Shown: positions 49,959 to 56,821 of the stretch, piece by piece
Layout of the letters: every line of letters starts with the position of its first letter
How positions within the stretch are numbered: the first letter of the stretch is position 1
DNA from: an uncultured Bacteroidales bacterium
GTDB lineage: Bacteria > Bacteroidota > Bacteroidia > Bacteroidales > Bacteroidaceae
Assembly: GCA_902775375.1 (NCBI GenBank)
Contig: CACYLU010000004.1
Span: 16,265-80,264 of the forward strand
DNA length: 64,000 bases
Reading direction: 5' to 3'
Program-made: the position numbers and the translations under genes
Notes under the pieces: model-generated
Told to the model about the DNA's origin: nothing
Databases searched by the model: none
Seen by the model: the letters and a program-made list of their open reading frames with translations, nothing else

Positions 49959-50593
49959 ATAGCTGTAAATACTACTTTCTTTGTTTCAAAATAGGCTTCT
50001 TCAAAAAACTCAGAAAGGTCCCAAGTTAGACTTCTGTTTCTAAAATGTGAAATTTCTTGTTCTAATTCTCCTCCTTTCAGACAAATAATGCCATTAGGAA
50101 GAGCATTTTGCTGTTGTTTCTTTATGTTTTTCTTGACTATTTTTACTAAATCACCCATAGGCATAACCGCACGACTAACAACAAAGTCGAATTTAGCTTT
50201 TTCTTCCTCTGCTCTTTCATGTGAAAAAGATATATTGTTCAACCCAATACTTTGGCTAATTTCTGTAGCTACTCGTATTTTCTTGCCTATGCTATCAATG
50301 AGGTGAAACTTGACTTCTGGGAAGTAAATGGCTAATGGAATGCCAGGGAAACCACCTCCAGATCCCAAATCCATAACAGTAGTACCAGGCTTGAAGTTAA
50401 TGACTTTGGCGATGCCTAAAGAATGTAGTACGTGATGTTCATATAGATTGTCAATATCCTTACGAGATATCACATTGATTTTAGCATTCCAATCTTCATA
50501 TAAGTCTCCCAATGCTTTAAACTGTCTTTGTTGTTCCAAAGACAGTCCATCGAAATACTTGTTAATTATTTCCCATCGACTATTATCCATCAA
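49955..50593 (-). CDS. rsmG: 16S rRNA m7G527 methyltransferase
   Basis: Motifs WNAKINVISR, HVLHSL, DLGSGGGFPGIPLAI, DSIGKK, VVSRAV. Confidence 0.96.
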   Translation of the reverse strand: MMDNSRWEIINKYFDGLSLEQQRQFKALGDLYEDWNAKINVISRKDIDNLYEHHVLHSLGIAKVINFKPGTTVMDLGSGGGFPGIPLAIYFPEVKFHLIDSIGKKIRVATEISQSIGLNNISFSHERAEEEKAKFDFVVSRAVMPMGDLVKIVKKNIKKQQQNALPNGIICLKGGELEQEISHFRNRSLTWDLSEFFEEAYFETKKVVFTAI

Positions 50594-50616
50594 TTAAAAT
50601 AAATAAGATGTAAACT

Positions 50617-51465
50617 CTAATTCCTTAACTCTTTAACAATCATATATTCTGTATTCAGAATAGGCTCAAGCTGCTTAAAGCTTAAATCGATTTCTATAGG
50701 CCCTATTACATATGGGGCGATTTCATAAATATTATATAGGAATGATATACCTCCAGGCGTCAACTTGAAATTCTCTGTCGGGATGATGTCTGCAGTAGTG
50801 CCATATCCTAACTCCTCTAATTCTTCTTTTGTTGATGCCCCTGTGTCTTCCATTAGCTGCGAGACGAGCATCTCAGTTAATTCTTCATCATATTCACCTA
50901 TGAGTAAATCATTCAGTTCGATCTGCTTTAGAGAGCGTAAATCAATGTTTAAGAAATAGGTATAATACACTGGATGGGCACCTCCTGTAAACTCTTCCAT
51001 ATAAAATCTATAGGTGAGAAGATGCTTATCATAGTATTCCACTTTAGTCTCTGTTTCATGTTCGTAAGAGTACCATGCTTTGTTGGGTTCATCTCCTATC
51101 TCAGCAGACTCATCACGATACATTGGCTCTAGATCTTTACGATAACTGGAAAAGTAATTATCTGCATACAGCCTCATGGCTTGTTCTGGATTATTCATAG
51201 AATACTTGTTTCCAAATACAAACCCTTGTAACATGTGATTAATACTGTCTCTCATCGTTTCATCCGAAGATTCCTTGATGAATGAAAAATTAATTTTCAG
51301 ATTTGCCTGAGGCTTGTTTTCATCAGCAAATAAATGCTGACTTTCCTTCAGTGTTATATTGTCAAACTTTAGGTGTCCTACCAACCTGCTATCTTGTTTG
51401 CATCCATAGAAAAAGATGCTGAAAGAAAGTATTATAAAGAATGTACTGACAAATTGTCTTTTCAT
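50617..51465 (-). CDS. DUF4163/DUF3298 (PdaC/RsiV-like) lipoprotein
   Basis: Lipobox FFYGC, FTGGAHP motif, F.YNIYEIAPY..G motif. Confidence 0.8.
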   Translation of the reverse strand: MKRQFVSTFFIILSFSIFFYGCKQDSRLVGHLKFDNITLKESQHLFADENKPQANLKINFSFIKESSDETMRDSINHMLQGFVFGNKYSMNNPEQAMRLYADNYFSSYRKDLEPMYRDESAEIGDEPNKAWYSYEHETETKVEYYDKHLLTYRFYMEEFTGGAHPVYYTYFLNIDLRSLKQIELNDLLIGEYDEELTEMLVSQLMEDTGASTKEELEELGYGTTADIIPTENFKLTPGGISFLYNIYEIAPYVIGPIEIDLSFKQLEPILNTEYMIVKELRN

Positions 51466-51503
51466 GCCTATGGCTGTTAATATGAATAATCGAATTCAGA
51501 TAG

Positions 51504-51533
51504 CGAAGATACGAATTATTTTTCTTATCTTTG
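51504..51533. promoter_or_regulatory. Divergent -7 boxes: TATCTTCG (minus, 51504-51511) and TATCTTTG (plus, 51526-51533)
   Basis: Consensus matches between divergent genes. Confidence 0.6.
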
Positions 51534-51552
51534 TAAACATAATGAAAAAAAC

Positions 51553-52236
51553 ATGGGAAATCTGATTACGGAAGACTGGGGACTTGTTGATTATGCTGAA
51601 GCATGGGAAAGACAAGAGTTTCTATTCCATCAAAAGATAGAACAAAAACAAAGAGGAGAATCAGCAACTGTTGACCGTATTGTTTTTTGTGAACACCCTC
51701 ATGTCTATACGCTGGGGCGTAGTGGGAAAACTGCTAATTTATTAGTTTCTGAACAGCAATTACAACAATTAAAAGCGTCTTTCTATAAAATCGACAGGGG
51801 AGGAGATATTACCTATCATGGCCCTGGACAGTTGGTTTGTTACCCCATTCTTGATCTGGAACATTTTCATCTTGGGCTAAAAGAATATGTTCATTTGATA
51901 GAAGAAGCTGTAATTCATGTTTGCTTTTCCTACGGCATTCAAGCAATGCGTATGGAGAAAGCGACAGGTGTGTGGTTGGAAGCTTATACGTCTCGTGCTC
52001 GTAAAATATGTGCCATCGGAGTGAGAAGTAGTAGGTATATTACTATGCATGGGCTGGCACTAAATGTAAATACAGATCTCCGTTATTTTAGTTACATTAA
52101 CCCTTGTGGCTTTATTGATAAGGGTGTGACTTCAATAGCCAAAGAATTGAAGACTGATGTACCCATGGATGAAGTCAAAAATCGTTTGGCTGAGTATATG
52201 ATTAAATTATTGAATAAGAACAATGAAGATAACTAG
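51553..52236 (+). CDS. lipB: Lipoyl(octanoyl) transferase
   Basis: Motifs [49 protein letters not shown]. Confidence 0.96.
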   Translation: MGNLITEDWGLVDYAEAWERQEFLFHQKIEQKQRGESATVDRIVFCEHPHVYTLGRSGKTANLLVSEQQLQQLKASFYKIDRGGDITYHGPGQLVCYPILDLEHFHLGLKEYVHLIEEAVIHVCFSYGIQAMRMEKATGVWLEAYTSRARKICAIGVRSSRYITMHGLALNVNTDLRYFSYINPCGFIDKGVTSIAKELKTDVPMDEVKNRLAEYMIKLLNKNNEDN

Positions 52237-52828
52237 TGCAGAGTTTGTTATTAGCAACACGGATGTGAATAAATGTCCCAAGACAGGTTTCCCTGAATAT
52301 GCTTTTATTGGAAGAAGTAATGTGGGCAAGTCTAGTCTTATCAATATGCTTACAGGCAATAAGAAGTTGGCTATGACGTCTTCAACTCCAGGCAAAACTC
52401 TTCTAATTAATCACTTTTTAATTAATAAGCAATGGTATCTGGTTGATTTGCCTGGTTATGGGTATGCCAATCGTAGTAAAAAAAGCGTAGCAGATATTCA
52501 GCGAGTTATTGGTTCTTATCTTGAGAATCGTATGGAGATGACTTGCTTGTTTGTGTTGATTGACAGCCGTTTAGAACCACAAGCTATTGACATGAATTTT
52601 ATGAACTGGCTTGGCGAGAACCAAGTGCCTTTTGCTATAGTCTTTACAAAAGCTGATAAGCAGTCTAAGTCAAGAACTGAAAGCAATATTAGAGGATATA
52701 TAGAAAAAATGAAAGAACAGTGGGAAGAGTTGCCTCCTTATTTTATAACATCCTCTCTTACAGGAGTTGGTAAAGATGATGTATTGTCATATATAGAATC
52801 TATAAATATTTCTTTGAATAAAAAATGA
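52223..52828 (+). CDS. yihA: Ribosome biogenesis GTPase YihA/YsxC/EngB
   Basis: Motifs [32 protein letters not shown]. Confidence 0.96.
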   Translation: MKITSAEFVISNTDVNKCPKTGFPEYAFIGRSNVGKSSLINMLTGNKKLAMTSSTPGKTLLINHFLINKQWYLVDLPGYGYANRSKKSVADIQRVIGSYLENRMEMTCLFVLIDSRLEPQAIDMNFMNWLGENQVPFAIVFTKADKQSKSRTESNIRGYIEKMKEQWEELPPYFITSSLTGVGKDDVLSYIESINISLNKK

Positions 52829-52925
52829 TATGATTATTCACTTTTTTATAAAAAGTGTGCAATGATACAAACTATTTTTTGTAAATTTGCAGCCTTGTTT
52901 AAACGATAATAAAATTTTTTTAAAA

Positions 52926-54113
52926 ATGAGTTTACTATCAGAGAAGTTAGGTAAATACCAAGAACCTCAGTATTACAAGGCTAAAGGCGTCTACCCCTAT
53001 TTCCGAGAAATTGACAGTCACCAGGGCACCGAAGTCATGATGAGCGGTAAAAAAGTCCTAATGTTTGGATCTAACGCTTATACGGGCTTAACTTATGACC
53101 AAAGAATTATTGATGCTTCAATCGAAGCAACAAAAAAATATGGTACAGGATGTGCTGGCTCACGTTTGTTAAATGGAACACTTGATATACACGTTCAACT
53201 TGAAAAAGAACTTGCAGCGTTCTTAGGTAAAGACGAAGCATTGTGCTTCTCAACAGGTTTCACTGTAAATGAGGGTGTTATCCCCCAATTGGTAGGACGT
53301 GGTGACTATATTATATGCGACGACCGTGATCATGCTTCGATTGTTGATGGCCGTCGTCTTTCTTTTGCTACCCAACTTAAATACAAGCATAATGATATGG
53401 AAGCATTGGAGAAGGAACTCAAGAAGTGCGAACCCAATGCGATTAAATTGATTGTGGTTGATGGCGTTTTCTCTATGGAAGGCGATTTGGCCAATCTGCC
53501 TGAAATCATTCGATTGAAAAAGAAATATAATGCTTGTGTATATGTAGATGAGGCTCATGGCATTGGCGTGTTTGGTAAGCAAGGACGTGGTGTGTGCGAT
53601 TATTTTGGTGTGACAGATGAAGTGGATCTTATAATGGGTACATTTAGTAAGTCACTTGCTTCCCTTGGAGGTTTTGTCGCTTCTGAATCTGCTATTATTA
53701 ATGCTTTACGTCATAGTGCACGTTCATATATTTTCCAGGCAAGTAGTACTCCTGCAGCTACTGCCGCCACTCTTGAAGCTCTGCATATTATTCAGAATGA
53801 GCCTGAGCGTCAAGAAAAACTTTGGGAAATCACTAACTATGCTTTAGAGAAGTTCCGTGATGCAGGCTTTGAGATTGGCGATACCCAGTCACCTATTATA
53901 CCTTTGTATGTTCGTGATACTTACAAAACCTTTGCTGTTACAAAATTGGCTTTTGATGAGGGTATCTTCATTAATCCTGTAATACCACCTGCTTGTGCTC
54001 CACAAGACACTTTGGTGCGTGTTGCACTAATGGCTACTCATACAAAGGAACAGATAGACTTTGCGGTGGATCATTTATTGAAATGTTTCCGCTCATTAGA
54101 CATCATTCAGTAA
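52926..54113 (+). CDS. spt: Serine palmitoyltransferase (alpha-oxoamine synthase family), sphingolipid synthesis
   Basis: KAKGVYPYFR, MFGSN.Y.GLT, GTGCAGSRLLNGT, DHASIVDG, DEAHG, GTFSKSLA. N-terminus resembles Bacteroides SPT rather than BioF. Start placed at M14 after the -7 box TAAATTTG (52882-52889). Confidence 0.85.
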   Translation: MSLLSEKLGKYQEPQYYKAKGVYPYFREIDSHQGTEVMMSGKKVLMFGSNAYTGLTYDQRIIDASIEATKKYGTGCAGSRLLNGTLDIHVQLEKELAAFLGKDEALCFSTGFTVNEGVIPQLVGRGDYIICDDRDHASIVDGRRLSFATQLKYKHNDMEALEKELKKCEPNAIKLIVVDGVFSMEGDLANLPEIIRLKKKYNACVYVDEAHGIGVFGKQGRGVCDYFGVTDEVDLIMGTFSKSLASLGGFVASESAIINALRHSARSYIFQASSTPAATAATLEALHIIQNEPERQEKLWEITNYALEKFRDAGFEIGDTQSPIIPLYVRDTYKTFAVTKLAFDEGIFINPVIPPACAPQDTLVRVALMATHTKEQIDFAVDHLLKCFRSLDIIQ

Positions 54114-54185
54114 AAAATGTGTGATATATATAAATTTTTTTGATTTTTTTTGTTTAATAAAAAATCTTATTTATATTTGCATCGG

Positions 54186-54289
54186 ATAATAACAGACAAA
54201 ACATATTAAATCTCTCTGTAAGTTTTTGAATTAGATGTTGTAGTGAATGGGGGAAAGGGGATGTGAATTTCTTTTCCCTCAGTTTTTTT
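54186..54289 (+). ncRNA. Candidate small RNA of about 100 nt with its own promoter and terminator
   Basis: -33 TTTG (54149-54152), 19 nt, -7 TATATTTG (54172-54179). 15-bp G-U-rich stem with GTGA (GNRA) loop at 54248-54281 followed by T7. No ORF inside. Confidence 0.5.
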
Positions 54290-54332
54290 GAAAAAAAGTG
54301 AAAGATTATTTGCACGATTGAAAATAATGTCT

Positions 54333-54340
54333 TACCTTTG
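54333..54340 (+). promoter_or_regulatory. -7 promoter box (TACCTTTG) for tRNA-Pro
   Basis: Consensus match 24 nt upstream of the tRNA. Confidence 0.75.
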
Positions 54341-54363
54341 CATCGCTTTTGAAAGAAAGCCTT

Positions 54364-54438
54364 CGGGGTGTAGCGCAGTCCGGTTAGCGCACCTGCTTTG
54401 GGAGCAGGGGGTCCCAAGTTCGAATCTTGGTACCCCGA
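54364..54438 (+). tRNA. tRNA-Pro (TGG)
   Basis: CGGGGTGTAGCGCAGTCCGGTTAGCGCACCTGCTTTGGGAGCAGGGGGTCCCAAGTTCGAATCTTGGTACCCCGA. Anticodon arm CCTGC-TTTGGGA-GCAGG. Confidence 0.97.
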
Positions 54439-54468
54439 CAATATAAGGTTGGTATTAACAAAGGAAAT

Positions 54469-54503
54469 TAGGCGATTACGTGTAAACGTAGTCGCTTATT
54501 TTT
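54469..54503 (+). terminator. Intrinsic terminator after tRNA-Pro
   Basis: 13-bp stem TAGGCGATTACGT-GTAA-ACGTAGTCGCTTA (2 G-U pairs) followed by T5. Confidence 0.8.
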
Positions 54504-54588
54504 ATACTACTTCAATATTGCCTGAAGCGGATTTGAATAATGCCAATGTGGAGGCGTTGATACCGTTCCGGCTAAAGAACTGGGAATT

Positions 54589-54780
54589 TCTTACAATCTT
54601 ACAATCTTACAATCTTACAATCTTACAATAAGGATGTTCCACACCATCCCATGATAGTATAAGAAGTATAATATAACATATAATTATATATTATATTATA
54701 CTTCTTAATCCATTCAGGTTATTCACACCATATATGCTAGGGCCTTAATGTAAGAATGTTGGAATGTTAGAATGTAAGAA
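54589..54780. repeat. 192-bp symmetric element: (TCTTACAA)5 - 48-bp palindrome - inverted octamer array
   Basis: Five octamers at 54589-54628. Palindrome at 54660-54707 with one mismatched pair. TGTAAGAA/TGTTGGAA/TGTTAGAA/TGTAAGAA at 54749-54780. Confidence 0.85.
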
Positions 54781-54785
54781 CGCCA

Positions 54786-54858
54786 CCTGCTTACTAGAAC
54801 TAAACCTCCTGTTTACTAGAACTAAACCTCCTGTTTACTAGAACTAAGCCGCCTGTTT
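54786..54858. repeat. 22-bp tandem repeat, 3 copies plus partial (CCTG(C/T)TTACTAGAACTAA(A/G)CC)
   Basis: TTAC starts at 54791, 54813 and 54835. Confidence 0.9.
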
Positions 54859-54891
54859 GTTTTAAATGCTTTTTTATTCTTGAGGACTTAA

Positions 54892-55051
54892 AAGGCAAAG
54901 GCAGAGGTTAAAAAGGTTAGCAAAGAGGAGGTGAAAGCAAGGATTGAGAAATTGCTTAGTCGTAAATTTGATGAGTACCTGACACAATGCTGATTACATT
55001 GAGATAAGTGATTTTGTAATCAAATGCCAAGCGAGAGACCAGGAAACTTAA
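54892..55051 (+). pseudogene. Possible frameshifted gene remnant
   Basis: Start-less, protein-like frame KAKAEVKKVSKEEVKARIEKLLSRKFDEYLTQC*. An overlapping shifted frame continues NADYIEISDFVIKCQARDQET*. Family not recognised. Confidence 0.25.
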
Positions 55052-55150
55052 AAAATAATCCGTATCGCAGATAATTTGTTTTTACAATAATTCCAGAATA
55101 ATATAATCCAAAAAAGGAGGGGAAACTTAGGATGGAAGAAAAAAACATCT

Positions 55151-55158
55151 TATCTTTG
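55151..55158 (+). promoter_or_regulatory. -7 promoter box (TATCTTTG) for glpD
   Basis: Consensus match 45 nt upstream of the start. Confidence 0.65.
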
Positions 55159-55202
55159 CATTAGAAAGTCGAAGTGCTGACAAGAGAATATATCACTTTA
55201 CT

Positions 55203-56771
55203 ATGAAAAGAGAAGAACAAATTAATAAGATCCAAGATTGCAATAAAATATGGGATTTTGTAGTCGTTGGCGGTGGAGCTACAGGCTTAGGTTGTGCTGT
55301 CGATGCAGCTTCTCGAGGTTATCAGGTGGTTCTGCTTGAACAAGATGACTTTGCCAAATGTACATCTAGTCGCAGTACCAAATTAGTTCATGGCGGTGTG
55401 CGATATCTCCAAAAAGGAGATGTTATGTTGGTGTTAGAGGCATTACATGAAAGAGGGCGAATGAAGGCAAATGCTCCTCATCTAGTTAAAAACCAGTCAT
55501 TCGTAATAGCCAATTATACCTGGTGGGAAAACTTTCTGTATTTTTGTGGTCTCACTTTTTATGACTTGCTATCTGCAGGATTCGGCTATGGCCATTCCAA
55601 ATTTATCAGTAAAAAGAGTGTATTGCAAAGACTGCCTGCTATTAAACAACAAGGTTTAAAAGGAGGTGTTGTTTACCATGATGGACAGTTTGATGATTCT
55701 CGTATGGCAGTCAATCTGGCAGAAACCTGCATAGAGCATGGTGGTGTAGCGATTAACCATTTTAAAGTTGTTGAGCTAATGCATAATGCTCAAGGCAAAA
55801 TATGTGGTGTAAAAGCTATTGATAATGAAACTGGCAATCTTTACGAACTACGAGCTAAATCAGTTATTAATGCTGCAGGAATATTTGTGGATGAAGTGAT
55901 GAAACTGGATGAGGTGGGGCATAAACCAATGGTTAAACCAAGTCAGGGTACTCATCTTGTGTTGGATATGAAATTTCTTCAAAGCGACGATGCCTTGATG
56001 GTGCCTAAGACAAGTGATGGTAGGGTGTTGTTTGCTGTTCCTTGGCATAATAGGGTGGTGGTAGGAACTACCGATGTGCTGCGTGACCATCCAGAGAGTG
56101 AGCCTCATGCTTTGGAAGAAGAAATTGACTTTATTCTAAAAACGGCAGGGCTATATATGGTTCCTGCACCTACTCGTAAGGATATCGTGGGTGTATATGC
56201 AGGTCAAAGGCCTTTGGCTGCGCCTAAAAAGGAAGGGAAAAGTGCCAAAGAAATATCACGCAGCCATAAAATTATTGTTTCAGATAATGGATTGATTACT
56301 ATTACAGGTGGTAAATGGACAAGTTATAGATTGATGGCGGAGGATACCATTGACAGAGCGATTGCTTTAAAACTTGTTGAGAATCGCAAGTGCATAACTA
56401 AGACATTGAAGATTCATGGTTGGCGACCTAATCCCGATCTTGCCAGTCATTATTATATATATGGTAGTGATGAACCAGCTCTTCATCAACTGGAGCAAGA
56501 GAATTCTAAGTATCAAGAAAAAATATCATCGCATTTTGACTATACTTACGGTGAGGTAGCTTGGGCGGTAAGATATGAGATGGCCCGTACTTTGGATGAT
56601 GTGTTAGCTCGTAGAGTCCGCCTGTTGTATATTGATGCAAAAGAAGCGTTGAGAGTTGCACCTGCTGTAGCCCAGTTTATGGCGTCAGAGTTGAATAAGC
56701 CCAACTCATGGGTTGAAGAGCAAGTCGCTACATTTACGGCTATTGCCAAGAATTATATTGTTGAAGCATAA
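55203..56771 (+). CDS. glpD: FAD-dependent glycerol-3-phosphate dehydrogenase/oxidase (GlpD/GlpA family)
   Basis: Motifs VVVGGGATGLG.A.DAASRG, TSSRSTKLVHGGVRYL, YHDGQFDDSR, GTTD, YAGQRPL, ITGGKWTSYRLMAED, EMARTLDDVLARR. Confidence 0.9.
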   Translation: MKREEQINKIQDCNKIWDFVVVGGGATGLGCAVDAASRGYQVVLLEQDDFAKCTSSRSTKLVHGGVRYLQKGDVMLVLEALHERGRMKANAPHLVKNQSFVIANYTWWENFLYFCGLTFYDLLSAGFGYGHSKFISKKSVLQRLPAIKQQGLKGGVVYHDGQFDDSRMAVNLAETCIEHGGVAINHFKVVELMHNAQGKICGVKAIDNETGNLYELRAKSVINAAGIFVDEVMKLDEVGHKPMVKPSQGTHLVLDMKFLQSDDALMVPKTSDGRVLFAVPWHNRVVVGTTDVLRDHPESEPHALEEEIDFILKTAGLYMVPAPTRKDIVGVYAGQRPLAAPKKEGKSAKEISRSHKIIVSDNGLITITGGKWTSYRLMAEDTIDRAIALKLVENRKCITKTLKIHGWRPNPDLASHYYIYGSDEPALHQLEQENSKYQEKISSHFDYTYGEVAWAVRYEMARTLDDVLARRVRLLYIDAKEALRVAPAVAQFMASELNKPNSWVEEQVATFTAIAKNYIVEA

Positions 56772-56796
56772 ATAGGCTCTTTACAAAAGAGCTTAT
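56772..56796 (+). terminator. Hairpin after glpD (weak, no clear U-tract)
   Basis: ATAGGCTCTTT-ACA-AAAGAGCTTAT. Confidence 0.4.
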
Positions 56797-56821
56797 ATTC
56801 ATTATTAATAATTATAAACAG

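Noticed and set aside
52926-54113. BioF (8-amino-7-oxononanoate synthase) or Kbl
   Set aside because: Same fold, but the N-terminus (KGVYPYFR) and overall pattern fit Bacteroides SPT, and no bio genes are adjacent. Not fully excluded without a tree.
54154-54441. 95-aa minus-strand ORF and the 77-aa plus ORF at 54398..54631
   Set aside because: They are translations of tRNA-Pro (MSGYQDSNLGPPAPKAGAL) and of the octamer array (LTILQSYNLTILQ).
29141-54858. 22-bp repeats as CRISPR arrays
   Set aside because: Units are directly tandem with only about 9 variable linker bases, at most three copies, no unique 30-40 nt spacers and no cas genes.
54439-55200. Intact integrative element or prophage at tRNA-Pro
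   Set aside because: No integrase, and I found no duplicated tRNA 3' end (att site) in the window. Only non-coding modules remain.
56772-56821. Cobalamin or TPP riboswitch ahead of the TonB-dependent receptor
   Set aside because: The gap is only 50 bp and lacks the conserved riboswitch motifs.
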